Shown: positions 1 through 12,603, counted from the first letter of the stretch. The stretch is 64,000 nt of DNA from Vicugna vicugna (GCA_013265495.1 MU058824.1:3499111-3563110); one strand, 5' to 3'. Notes: a model not told the origin generated them from the sequence alone. Translations and numbers: made by a program.

Positions 1-129
1 GTTTTAAAACCAGACTGGTAGGAAGTATTCAGACATGCATTCTATGCTTTCCTGATTTCACTGTTCATTGTTGCTAATTTTATCCTGACTTTTCCAATAA
101 ATTTGCAAATGAATAACAGCTTGGCTATG

Positions 130-530
130 TCATCTGTTTTTCTCAGAATGTTCTAGCCTCTAAACATTTCTCCACTGCCTTCTGGCATTTAGTATTGCAC
201 AGGATCAGTTTGATGCAAACGTGTGTGTGTGTGTGTGTATACGTACGTATGTAATGTGTTTTTTGTCTGCTTGCATGATTTTTGTTTGTTTTACATCCAG
301 AAATTTCACTAGGATATATCTAGATGTGGGTCTTTTTTCTCCCTTATGGTTGGTGTGTGCTCTTTTAATCAGAATTTCTTTTGATCATTTTGCTTTGGAT
401 TGCTTCTCATCTATCTTCTCTATTCACACTGTGAAGAGTAATTGAGGATTTTCTCAGTTGCCTCCTGTTTCCTGTAGTGAGTTTATTTCATTTGGAGTTA
501 CCTCTGATTCCATTTTTAATCTACTAATTC
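130..530 (-). mobile_element. Ancient L1M/HAL1-like fragment interrupted by (TG)n at 221-238
   Basis: Motifs cttctggcatttagtattgc and aaatttcactaggatatatctagatgtgggtctttt are typical of antisense old L1 ORF1-region sequence. Confidence 0.5.
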
Positions 531-1659
531 ATGTATGCCTGTAACTATTTTCTATTGTTTCATCCTAAAAAAAGAAAAGAGGCTCATGTGAATCTCGCCA
601 ATACTGGGAACTGGGGTGTTATCTGCCATGGACTGCATAGGTCCCTGATCAACTTACACATGGAAAAGTTTAGATCTGATCAAGTTTTAGTTTTCTCAAT
701 CAGATGCCTGGTTTATCTGTGAAGGACAGGGAAGGAGTTACAATTACATAGATCTGCAAAGTAGGGATGTTTTAGCACACTGAAAATTGTTATCTAATCT
801 ATTAGAGACCATTCCTATTGTCCCAGGTTCTTAGAAACATATCAAGGTAAAGTTTCTGTATAAGCATTGCTAGACCAGGTAAGTTAAAGGGTGGGTAGTA
901 GCGGTGATGAGGTGGGTAAGAGAGAAGGTTTAATATTGAGACAGTACTGTTTATTTCAGTATTTATTCCTATCTAAAAGATCATTGGCTAAGGGAAAAAT
1001 AATGAAAGTTTAGAATAACTTTTGATGAGGCAATTAATTTAAAATTGAGGCATGTCTTCCTGTATATCTGAAACTCCCCTACTACAATGATTAGTATTCT
1101 TAGGGTATATACTTTTCCTTTAGAATCTACAATTACAGAGAGCATTAGTCTAACATTATATAACTGAAAGTTCAATTAGCTCATAATATTTTTATATAAT
1201 TTACTTGAGTTTCTTGAACTTCTTAAATAGCTTATTGTTGTTTCTATTTTTTTTAATCAAGGAAATAATCATTAGATTGTCTGTACAACATTCCAAGATC
1301 ATACATGTTATTACACTGAAATCCTGTAGAAATCGTTATCTCTTTCTCTTTTTTGAACAAATGAAACAGTACATAAAGAGATGAATAAAAACATGTCTCC
1401 TAGCCCTCTCCCAATCCACTGTCTGTCTGCTGAGGAAATTCGATGTTAGCAACCTAGCATGTATTTTCTACCCCATTTATCTTTGTTCTTAAATATATAA
1501 ACACAAGCATATATACAGATTATACCAAGTTCATTTTGTTTTTATACTGAAATAGAATCATTCTACAGACACTTGCAATTTTCAAGACAAAATGTGTATA
1601 CCTTTTAAATGGAATACCTAATTAATTTAATTAGTTTACCATGAAAGAAAACAGTGCTT

Positions 1660-2420
1660 TTTTGGTTTTGATTTGAATTAAATTTAACATGTTAAAATTT
1701 GTAAATTTAAGGTGTACAGCGTGTTACTTTGATACATTTATATACTGTAGTATGACTGTCAGTGAAGCAATATTTATCATATTATATCATTATAGTATAG
1801 TATTATAGACTATATTCATTATATTGTGCTTATTTACTACTTGTTATAAGTTTGTACCCCTAAACATCATCAATCTTATCCTCCCATCCCCACCCTTGGT
1901 AACTACCAAAAATTTTACTTTTTTTTTTTTTTACAGGTTTAACTGTTTTTTTTTTAAGATTCCACATTTAAATGATATCATACAGTAGTTGTCTTTGACC
2001 TATATTGCTTTGCATACTATGTGCTCAAAAGTACATCCCTGTTGTCACAAATAGGGTATCTTTCTTTCTCAGGGCTGAATAATATCCCATTGGGTATATA
2101 CATTACTCTTTTTTATCCATTTATTCACTGATGAGCATTTGGGGTCTGGATGATATTTTGGCTACTGTGATTAATTCTGCAATAAGCATGGGTGTGCATA
2201 TATCTTGTTGAAGCCCTTTTTTCATTTCTTTTGGGTATATATCCAGAAGTGGAATTGCTAGATCATATGGTAGATCTATTTTTAATTTCTGGAGGAACCT
2301 CTGTATTGTGTTCCATAGTGGTTGGACAAATTCCCACCAACAGAATCCTTAGGGTTCCCTTTTCACTGCACCCTTACCAGCATCTGTCTTCTTGAAAGCC
2401 ATTCTAACAAGTGAGAGGTG
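1660..2420 (-). mobile_element. L1 (L1MA-like) 3' end
   Basis: T-rich tail on the left; tttaagattccacat...gatatcatacagt; ttctttgggtatatatccagaagtggaattgctagatcatatggtag; ends gccattctaacaagtgagaggtga. Confidence 0.9.
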
Positions 2421-3268
2421 AAATTTTAAAATGCTAGCAAACCAGAGTCAAGAACACATTAAAAAGATCATAATACTACAACCAAGGGGGATTTATTCCC
2501 GGATGCAAGAATGTTTCAACATATGCAAATCAATAAGTGTAATTCACTACATACCTCAACAAAATAAAGATTACACATTATATGTATATATACCCACTGC
2601 TCACACTATAATCGATGGAGAAAAATTGAAAGGATTTCTGGTGAGATCAGTTACAAGACAAACTTGTCTTACTCCTTTTCAGTGTAGTAGTAGTTTTCCT
2701 TGGTATCTGTGGGCAACTGGTTCTAGGAGCCCCTATAGATACTAAAATCTTTGGATGCTCAAGTCCCTCATATAAAATGCTTAGTACAATGAATACAGTT
2801 GCCCCTTTGCATCCACGGATGTGAAATTCGTGGATACAGAGGGCCAAATGTACTGGAAGAACCAGCTAGTGTAATTAGGCGAGATGAAGAAATAAAAGGC
2901 ATCCAAATTGGGAAGGAAGGAGTAAAACTGTTACTATTTGCTGATGATATCATCTTATATAAAGAAAAATCCCAAAGAGCCTATTAAAAACTCTTGAAAC
3001 TAATAGATGATTTCAGTAAAGTGGCAGGGTACAAAGTCAACTTACAGAAATCAGTGGCATTCCTTCACACTAATGATGAAGTATCAAAAAAAAAAAAAAA
3101 AGAAATAACACTATTCCATTTACAATAGCATCAAAAACAATAAAATACTTATGGAATAAGTTTAGCCAAGGCAGTAAAAGATCTGTACAATGAAAACTAC
3201 AAGACTATGCTGAAAGAAACAAAAACACACAAATAAATGAAAAGACATCCATGTTCATGGATCGTTAA
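2421..3268 (+). mobile_element. L1 ORF2 reverse-transcriptase fragment, inverted relative to the adjacent 3' end
   Basis: ORF-track peptides MLANQSQEHIKKII and [23 protein letters not shown] (RT FADD motif); ends at aaagacatccatgttcatggatc. Confidence 0.93.
2688..2850. mobile_element. MER2-like TcMar-Tigger non-autonomous element nested in L1
   Basis: ccttggtatctgtggg..tggttctaggagccc..gatactaaaatc..ggatgctcaagtccc and terminus ggatacagagggccaaatg followed by TA. The L1 sequence resumes as tactggaag. Confidence 0.8.
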
Positions 3269-3786
3269 GTGTGCTCTTTTCAAAGATGAGTAAACTGGCA
3301 AAGACAGATGTCCATAATTCAGTCTTTGAATACTTTTAGAGGCTGAAAATCTTTTCCAGTTGTTGTATTTTCCTTCACTATGTACACTTTGAAGTGAAGC
3401 CAATCACTTTGATCAGAAGCCAACCAGAAAACTGTATGGGATTTATAAAGCTCAGAGGAGTTTACCTTAGTCTGTAATGCTTTGTAAATAAAACTTTTAG
3501 CCTTCCAGGTGTTACCGAGGATCTGACTTCCTTGATTTCACTCTCCAAATTCATAGCTTAGATAACTATATCCCAGAAATTGTCCTTACTATTGGATTTA
3601 ACAGTTAAATTTAAGCTCAAGGTGAGGGATATTATGATAGAACGAATTTGAAATTTAATGAAATTCCCAGTGGCCTGATGCTCTATTTATCAAACACTCA
3701 AATCTTCCCAATGTGACTGCACTGAAGATTAAGTTCATTTCTAAGCCCCATAAAATTCTCGTAAAACTAAAGTTTATTTATCCTTT

Positions 3787-3914
3787 TTTTTTTTGTGGGA
3801 GGAGGTAATTAAGTGTACATATTTATTTATTCTTAGAGGAGGTACTGGGGATTGAACCCAGCACCTCATGCATGCTAAGCATGCCCTCTACCACTTGAGC
3901 TATACCCTCCCCCC
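3787..3914 (-). mobile_element. tRNA-derived camelid SINE (Vic-type)
   Basis: Reverse complement GGGGAGGGTATAGCTCAAGTGGTAGAG (A box)...GGGTTCAATCCCCAGTACCTCC (B box), A-rich tail; flanked by tatccttt on both sides. Confidence 0.88.
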
Positions 3915-5542
3915 ATATCCTTTCATTCTAACAGCTGTTAGTTTTATAGACTATAAGGAGACAATCTTTCCCCTCTTTGGTAGAAGTTAGGTGTCTGGAG
4001 AAAGGGAACCATTTCTATCCTCTACAAAATTATCCTGAAAGCTTCTATAAAAGTAAACGTGCTTTTAATCTGCTAGGTCCACTGAAAGTGACTAATACTC
4101 AGCCACAAGGCATGTGCTGTAGGGAGAGTTGGGGAGGCTGGGGGAATTTGTCAGGTTAGTCAGAGATGACTAGAAAGGATACCATTCAGTAGAATTTCAA
4201 AATAAGAACTGGTTTCTCCTTCAGATTTTACATACTGTGCTGTTACATACCTTCAATTAATTACAGTTAAAAATGCAGAACTTTTTCACTGCTAAGGTTA
4301 TTTCCATAAGGTTAAATATATTTTAACCATGAAAGGTTTTCACATATTCATTTATTAGGTGGTTTGGGAATAGTTCCAATGAATTATTAATTACTAATTC
4401 TGGGATTTACTCCCAGAACAATGAACACATACGAATTTTCACTAACATTACCATGAGTTTTGCATACACCCATCAAGAAGATAAGCGACTGCTAAGCACA
4501 GAAATCTACTTGACTTCCTTGGAGGGGTATTTTGGTTTCCCAGGTAAATAAGCATTTTATAAGCCTACCCAACAATTAGTTTTTGTTAAACAAATCAATC
4601 AATCAATCCCAGCCATGACCCCTTCCTCCAACATTATGTTTAAATATTAAAATGTTGTGAAAAGTGAGAGCAAGTACATCTAACCTAAGTCTCATTTTCT
4701 TTATTCTCGAAAGTTGATTCAATGTTCAGGTGTCAGCAGGACTACATATTTAACTGAATGTACATATCAATCTACTACAATGCTATACTTCTGATATTTT
4801 AGTTTTTTCAGAGATAATCTTTTTTTTCAAAATTATTCTCTTCCTTCCTCAGCATTATTCTTGTATATATCCAAATTATTTTGTGGTACCTTGAAAAGGG
4901 TACACTTACTACACTTATTTTTTACTCATCTTCTCTTATTTAGGAATTTTCATTTTCTTAAGTAGATCTAATGTAAGTCAGTGGTTTGTCCTAACTTCAG
5001 TTAAGTTCAGCAGGAAAATCAGTTTGTGTATGATTATTTGAATAATAAAAGGTTACGGAATCTTAGTTTTATTTTTTATTTTGTTGAATTTGTCCTTTTA
5101 AGCCACTGAAGAAGATATAATATATTCTATCACAAAATGATAGATGAGATTTTTCCATATGAAAGCTGAAGGTGTCAACCAAAACCAAAAATACAGGACT
5201 GCATCAGTACCTGTAGTATTGGTTTAAAAAAGGAGATATTGAAGAAAATCATTTTAGAGCAATGCAGATTTTTTTTTAAACTAGAACTGATTACTAAAGA
5301 TACTAAGAGGGAAACAAGGATTTCCTTTGTCTTAGAAATTTCATTTTATTTTATGGATACTATAGGTATTATGGCTTTTAGAAAACCTGTTGAAATTTGA
5401 TTTGAAATATTACTGGGAGATGTTTATCTCTTAATGTGTCAAGCTGAGAATGTCCCAGACTATACATCGATGTGTAGTACTGGACAACTTTCAGAAGCGT
5501 CTGACTAGAGCATGGGTAGGTAAGTGGGGTCTGTGGTCCCTA

Positions 5543-6270
5543 ACTCATTCATTTGCTTATTCAGTAATACCACTGAGTTCCTATATGGGCAAGGCACTGT
5601 TCTAGAAGCTAGAGATATAGCAGTGAATGTGTCTGAAAACAGACATGAAGCTTATATTCTAATTGGAGGAAACAGAAAAATACACAGAATGTAAAAGAGA
5701 AGTGTTATGGAGAAAAGCAAAGCAGGGAAGAAGGGCAGGGAATGCTGGAGACGAGGAAATTTGTTATTTTAATCAGGGTTGTCAGGGAAGGGCTCTCTAA
5801 GAAGGGGACATCTGAACAGAGATATGAAAGAGATGAGGAAGCAAGTCACTGTGGTTACCTGGGGGCAGAGTTTGCCCAGTATGGGAACAGTAGGTAGAAG
5901 CAAGAATGTGCCTGGTGTCTGGTCTTTCAAGAAGCAGCAAGGAAACCAAGAAAGCAACAGGGATGACCATACAGAAGATGTGGTCAAGAAGTGAGATCAC
6001 ATGTGGCCTTGCTGGTGATTGTAAGGACTTTAGTTCTTACTCTGAGAAAGCTGCAAAGTCATATTTGAGGATTCTGGACATAGAACTGATATAATCTGGG
6101 TTATGTTTTAAAAGGACTACTCTACTACTACTACTGAAAACAGACTACAAAGGGACAAGGTAGCAGGCAATGGTTTAGGAAGCTATTAGAATAATCCAGG
6201 CAGTAGATGCTCATGGTTTATGCCAGGGTGATAGTGGTAGAAATGATGAGAAGTGGGCAGATATTGGATT
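5543..6270 (-). mobile_element. L2 3' fragment
   Basis: ctcattcatttg...aggcactgttctagaagctagagatatagcagtgaa; ggaagctattagaataatccaggcag; gagaagtgggcagatattggat. Confidence 0.85.
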
Positions 6271-6699
6271 ATGATGTGAATCATTCTTTCCAGGGTTAAA
6301 ACAACATATTAAATTATGATACAACAGAAGAGTGACTTTCTATGAATGGAAAAGATAGAGAGTCAGAAAGGAGAAATGGTCCAGGGATGGCTAGAGATTT
6401 GCTTCCTTATTTTGCCCTATCTTTGAACATAAGGGCAGGTAGACAAGGAAGTGCTCAGAAAATACTAACCCTTGTATATGTCTCAAGTCCATATGATTAT
6501 AGGAAAACTCATTATCCTGGATCAAGAGTTTCTATGGCATTACTTTGCAGCTTGTATTTCCAGAGACAGATGACATGTAATTATAGGCACAATTACTTGG
6601 CTCCCTCCTAAGGTCTATGTCATTTTCTACACTTTCCAGGTACCTATTATTTGCAAGTCATCAACCAAGTTTAGTCTTCTGATACTCTCTCATTTAATT

Positions 6700-6875
6700 C
6701 TCATCACCCTTGATGCACCTCCATAACATCACTTTTTTACATTGTTCTTTTAAGCATCTGCCTTTCTTATAATACTCTGAGCTCCTCAAAAGGAAGGACC
6801 AGTTCTTATTCATTTTTATTTCTTTAGTACTTGGAATACTACCTTGCATTTACTAGGCTACCAATAAATTTTTGA
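6700..6875 (+). mobile_element. L2 3' end fragment
   Basis: ctgagctcctcaaaaggaaggaccagttcttattcatttttattt...taggctaccaataaat. Confidence 0.65.
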
Positions 6876-8194
6876 TATACAAATGCAGAAAGTTTATTTG
6901 GATGGTGGAACAGTGGAGATGTTTTTGAACAAAGTAGAACTAATAACTATTACACAAAACAAAATATTTGAATTAAGGGAGTCTTTAATTCAAATCCTAG
7001 CTTAGTTTTTCAGCTTAATAACTATGTTCCAGAAAATCTTACTTCTGGCCAATAATATCTAAATAAGACTGTGGAAAGCATATAAAGTGGAAGGTAGATG
7101 AATACTATTCTGTGCTCCTTAGATTAGACTAAAGATAAAATAAATGCCTTTCTTAAATAGCTACCTGGACAAAAACAATCTTCAAGCAAGTGTTCATTAT
7201 ATAGATAACAAGCATGAAATAACTAGAAGACACTTGTACTAAGTACTTTACATTTCCTGCTGGAAATCCCCATGATTAAACTAAACTTAAAAAATACTCA
7301 CCAAAATTAAACTAAAAAATACTAGTTCTACAAAGACAACTACTATGTTAATAAAATACTCAATTTGAAAAAAACACTAGTTTTCAGTTTTATGTACATA
7401 CTCACTGAGGAGCCATTCACTGAGCACTAATACCTATACACAGTTTATATTGAGTTCTCATTTTTAAAATAAACTTTTGAATTGCTAAAAATATTTTAGT
7501 ATACAGTGATATTTAAGAGATAATTTCATAGCATCAAATATTTAAAATAATCAAGTAAAATATGTCCTATGAATTATTTTCTCCCATTAAATTAAAAGAT
7601 TCTGATTTATAGTAGTGATTCAAGTGCTGAACACCCCATAAATGGATGGCATTTTATTCTTACACATGATGATTAAAGGAGTTATTTACTATGAACTGGG
7701 GTAGAAGACTGAGCAGGGAAATTTGAGAAAAAACTGCTGAAGAAAGGAAGAAAAGTTAGGAGATCTGGGTTTCAATTATATCTGACACTGATTAACTCAG
7801 TCATTATGCTTTAATGAAAATGCGCAACAATAACAACAATTAATAGAGACTGCCAAGGCGGGGATGGTCTCTTGTAAGAAGCACAGTTCTGAGGCATCAC
7901 AGATTTGGTTCTGTGGTGAAAATCAGCATTCTATGCTGCTTTACTAATCCTCAGAGATTCTTTGAAGAGCTGAAAACTTAAACTATCATTTGTTTTTATT
8001 TGGAAAATATTTTCTTCATCTATTTTAGAATGTATTGATATTTTAAATATCATAAGCTCATTATCAAAGTTGTTTATTAGATCCATAAAATCTGCAGGTT
8101 TAAGATGGAAACTTGAGGGGATCCTCCGAGTAGGAGTTAACCGAACAATCTCTCGACTTCCATTCATGAAATATAACATCATTTTAACTTTGAA

Positions 8195-8450
8195 ACCCTT
8201 AGCAAAGTCTAGCCTTAAAATGTCTCAGTTTTCTCTTTTGTAAAATGGGAGTAATAAATAGTATCTATTTCATATGGTGGTTGTGAGGATTACATAAATG
8301 ACTCTGATGCAATCACAAATATCTATTGCGCACCTACTATGCACTGAGGATACGACAGTGAACAAAGCACTCTCCATTCCCCTTGAAGGTAGTGAACTTA
8401 GCACAGTACTTAACACACTATAAGTACTCAGCCAATTATAGCTATTATTA
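8195..8450 (+). mobile_element. MIR interrupted by a short antisense L2 tail (about 8315-8370)
   Basis: MIR core tctcagttttctcttttgtaaaatggg...ttgtgaggatta; then aaatatctattgcgcacctactatg...cagtgaacaaa; then MIR end ttagcacagtac...agctattatta. Confidence 0.7.
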
Positions 8451-10064
8451 TCTTGGAGATGTCAGATGTATCTCACAGAATAGGACTGTGTGCAAGATAA
8501 ACATGTATAGACAATTTAAAAATCTGTTTATTTAAAAATTGTTGGCAAGAGGAGAGAACCTATGGAGGATTCAGAATTAAGATTCTTTCCACATTCAGAT
8601 TCTCTTCCTTTGGAGGGTACCAATGATGCAGGTTGACTTTAGTAGGCCTTGAGCCATCTTTCTATCCTTTACTCTGGAATTTCATCCCAATACTTTTACA
8701 CAGAAGTTAACAAAGGAAGAACTTTCCAAGCAGAGGTCAGGAAAGAGTCATTACAGCAAGCATATAAATATGACTCATGAGTTTTCATTACTAATTCTCT
8801 TTGCACATTTAACTGGTACTCTGGCATTAGAGATCCTGGTGAGGCTATAGGGGATGTATAAAGTAAAAATAGAAGTTTTTAAAATTTCTTAAATTTATTA
8901 GAGGTTAGAGCATCTATAGCTACCAAAGGCTACATAAATCCTCTGTGAATGAGCAGGAAGTCCAGCAGGTGGAAAGATGAAAATGACAAAGAAGGGTGGA
9001 GAGCAGTATTTTCAGAGGGATGGAGCCTTGAATACACCAAAGATTTCTACACCAAGAGGGAGGAGTAATGATTTAGAAGCAGCTATGGCAAGCGAGAAAG
9101 AGGTTGATCCTAATCAACTTAATTCAGAGGTATGTGGGTCAAGAAAGAACAAGCAGCAAGCATTTGAGAGGGCTGCAGGGAAAACAGTATTTTCTGTGAA
9201 GAGCCAAGTTTCAAGACAGATTTAAAGCATGTGTGGGACTAGCTTATTCAGCTATTCATTCCAGCAACCTGGGGCCAGAATGAAACTGCTTCCAAGCAAA
9301 TCTTCATGAAGAGCTTCTGGGATGGTAGAAGGACCATAAGTTTCTTCAGAAGGAGTCACTGGGGCTCAGGTTTGATTGGCCTCCAAGGGAATCCTATACC
9401 ACATGGTCAGGCTGGCAAAAGGTCAATTAGTGTCAGAACCTTCACCATGTAATTAAAAAACAAAACAAAACAAAAAAACAATGGTAGATCTCTGCAGATT
9501 TAGGGGAAAAGGTGCTGCCTTCTTTGAAGTCGGCCACAGCCTAACCCTATCTTAAAAACTCATATTCACTGGGGTTATTAATCCTCAAGGCCATTTTAGA
9601 TAAAGAATTTAACATACATTAAAGGCCAAAATTAAGAAGTTAAGCAGAATTAGCTATAGATTTAATTCACAGCTGATAATAGAACCTTTAATAAACCATT
9701 CTTAACTGTTCTGTACTACAGTTTTTTATTTAAAGAAAACTGCTTATAATGTCTGAGCCTCTTCTGTTATCACAGGCAAATAAGACCATATCTGTAAGAG
9801 CTCTTTGAGAGGAGTAAAAAAAAAATGCTTTTAAACTTAACTGCAAAGCTGGAAAACCTTGGTAAAAAATTAAAATTGACAAGTTAATGCAGAGAATCAT
9901 AGAATAAAACTAAGACAACTTAGGATTTACTATTTTTAAGACTTAGTAAATATTGAAAAATAGGTTTAAACTACTTTGGAATGAAATGACAACTTCTGTC
10001 TTGATATTTTGTCTTGAGACTCATATTCAACCTCACTAGTGGCCTAAAAAATATAAATTACAAC

Positions 10065-10480
10065 AATAAGATTTTTTTTCCTTATCTGATTGGCCAAACA
10101 TTTTAAAGACACATTTAGTGTCCAGCGTACTCTTAAACATTGCTAGAAGGTGGATACACTGGTATAATCTTTTAGAAGAGCACTTTGACAATATTTATGC
10201 AGACATAAATGTATATATCCTTTAATTACACAATTCCACTTAGAATTTGATTTACTGAAATAATCCTACATACAAGCAAATATGTAAAAAGATTTTTAAA
10301 GCAGCACTGTTTGCTTTAAGAAATGGGTAACAGTATAAATGTAAATGTATGGGTAGAGAAATGACTGAGGAAATTGTATAAATGGAATAAAAGTTATCCA
10401 TGAGAAAGACAGAGCTTTATGAGGTGATATGGAGACCCATTCACAAAGAATTAGGTGGAAAAAAATTAAGTTGTAGGACA
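10065..10480 (+). mobile_element. Old L1ME-like 3' fragment
   Basis: acattgctagaaggtgga..actggtataatcttttagaagagcactttgacaat; caattccacttagaattt. Confidence 0.6.
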
Positions 10481-11368
10481 GTGACCCTATTTATATTTGT
10501 TTATAAAGACCCTTTTAAAATTACAATAAATAATTATTATGTTATTAACATAAGAAACACATATAACAAACATTCATATTCTAGTTTATTTTATTCTGAA
10601 ATTCATCCCAATAGAAAGCCATATTATTTTCTTAAGCAAAAGGCTATGGGTACACTTCAATATAAACAAAATTTTAAAAATATTTGTGCTTTGTATCATG
10701 TCTTTGGGAAGCACAAATTAAAGGGAAAAGATTCTTACTTTCTTTTTTTAGATATTTACTTCTGTAGCCCTTCTGGTCTTTGAAACTATGACTAAAACCC
10801 TATTGACAACATGATGCAAAATGGTGTCTAAAATAACAATGTGCTAAAAGTAACTGAAGTGTCTTCTAAACTACTTTTGTCTTTTTAAATCTAAAGAAAG
10901 AACTAAGATATGCAGATTTAAAGTACTGGTGGCTTGTCTTTCTTGCACGAGACCATTACACCAGCAAGAGCCACCAGTAAGCAGCATCAAATCAGGCTTC
11001 ATACAGACTTTTGTATACAATTGTTAAGTGTTTATATCAATTTTTTCATCTAACTGTGAATGAATAGGTACACAAATTTTACATGTTACTTATTACGTAA
11101 CTCTTTATTTTCAACCTTTATTCAGGAAGCACTTTAAGCAAAAGGGGTTAGAACGGATTAGTAATATTTGTTGATGCTGGTCCTGGTGCACCATTCAGTA
11201 GGATCCTGATATTTTAGAGCAGTGATTTACATGATCAGTGGCCAAAAGAACATGACAATCATAATATACAGTACAGAGTAAACATTCTTTTAAGTAGGCT
11301 GGCTGATGGTTACAAATTGGCACATTGCACCCAAAGCCTGACAAATTAGTTATAAGCAGGATACTCAC

Positions 11369-11539
11369 ATCAGCATAGTGGCCTATCATATCACATCGGT
11401 CACACCGTTTTCTCCAGGAAGGTCTTTCAAGACATCTGTGAGTGGAAGACATAGGCAAAGAACAGTCTAAGCAAAAGCGGGCCGGACAGGCATACTGGAG
11501 GTGTCCTCTCTCCGAGCAGAGGCAGCAGGGGCGGACTTT
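11369..11539 (-). CDS. ZCCHC7: ZCCHC7 internal coding exon, 171 nt (exon 5 by analogy), zinc knuckles
   Basis: CTAG|AAA...GAT|GTGAGT. Translates [57 protein letters not shown]: one full CCHC, one atypical C-X2-C-X7-H-X-C, and a knuckle completed in the next exon. Overlaps ORF 11195..11458. Confidence 0.97.
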
Positions 11540-12164
11540 CTAGATGGCAGACAAACAGAAAACTTCTTTAGCTAAAGTATTTCAGTCTCAAATAGAAGAT
11601 TACTTTTTCTTCCTCAGTATAATTCAATGAAAAGTTATTTCAAATTTGGGAACCCAATGAAGGTCAAATCTTGAGCACAATTGTAAAATCAAACAAAATG
11701 TCTGAAATCAGACCTTTAACAAAAGCTATCTGTATCCTGTGGTTGCCAAAAAGGTTTAGTCTGCATGTACTATCAGCTGGCAATTATTTCTTATGCCTTG
11801 TCTTGTAGAATATTGACAAGTGGATTGTGTCTGAGAGGGAAAGTAAGGTGATGAGGGTCTGGAAGCTAAGTCAAACAAGAAATAGAGAGAGTCTGTTTTG
11901 CCTGAAGGAGCAAAGACAAAGAGGAAGCAAGAGGGTCATCTCAAATATCTGAAAGACAATCATTTAGAAGAGGGAGTAGGTAAGGGAAGGAGTGTTTGTT
12001 AAGGGCTTAGTATGTGTCAGGGAATGTCTAAGAGTTCTGTGTTGTTCTAAAGGTTGATGTATCCGTTTAACACAATTTATATCAATAAACATTTATAAAT
12101 TCTAAAATTCTAATTTTCTAAACATGAGAATTATCCCACAATGAAACAAATCATGTCACAAAGT

Positions 12165-12330
12165 AGAAGGTTTAGAAGTGAAGTGAGTCCCAGAAACCAA
12201 TTTGATTCAATCTTCCCATTTTATAGATGAGAAAAGAGGAGGACAGAAGGTGAAATGATTTGCCTAAGGTTATATAACTACTAATGGAATGCTGAAATTG
12301 ATTGTGAATATAAATTTATTGTTCTTTACT
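12165..12330 (-). mobile_element. MIR (MIR3/MIRc-like)
   Basis: cccattttatagatgagaaaa...gaaggtgaaatgatttgcctaaggtta. Confidence 0.75.
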
Positions 12331-12477
12331 ACTACTCTAGGCTGTGACCTACATGAACATTTAATGTGAAATTTAATGCATATATAACATTTGAATTCTA
12401 AGGTTGTCAGGGTTCCAGCCCTAAGATTTTGATTTTAACAATGTGGAAAGAAACATTACATTACATATTTCACATAC

Positions 12478-12603
12478 TTGTGGAAAGGGGCAGTTTTTTG
12501 ACAAATGGCCACATTTGTCACAATTTCTACAGGTTACATTTTTGTTGGCTGAATAGTATCGGTGGGTCCATCTTCCAGATGATCTTTTATTACCTATCTG
12601 TGC
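12478..12603 (-). CDS. ZCCHC7: ZCCHC7 internal coding exon, 126 nt (exon 4 by analogy), first CCHC zinc knuckle
   Basis: TTAG|GCA...CAA|GTATGT. Translates [42 protein letters not shown] with a perfect C-X2-C-X4-H-X4-C. Phase 0/0. Confidence 0.97.

Larger units (their letters stand above)
1..11368 (-). other. ZCCHC7: Downstream intron of ZCCHC7 (partial)
   Basis: The next expected exon (ACTEIWRQYHLT-like) was not found in 1-11368. Confidence 0.75.

Noticed and set aside
2431..2987. ORFs with a reverse-transcriptase FADD motif
   Set aside because: Frameshifted, interrupted L1 ORF2 relic; not a functional RT or novel retro-system.
3850..3914. tRNA-like sequence with A and B boxes
   Set aside because: Followed by a SINE body and A tail and flanked by a target-site duplication; it is a SINE head, not a tRNA gene.
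7931..8182. 83-aa minus-strand ORF in the downstream intron
   Set aside because: No similarity to the expected next ZCCHC7 exon, no recognisable domain, no convincing splice-site pair.
8950..9430. Purine-rich stretch with an 82-aa ORF; possible processed pseudogene
   Set aside because: No recognisable protein, poly(A) tail or target-site duplication; more likely a very old L2 fragment.
10400..10783. Longest ORF in the track (127 aa)
   Set aside because: Starts in an L1ME fragment, AT-biased composition, no recognisable domain.
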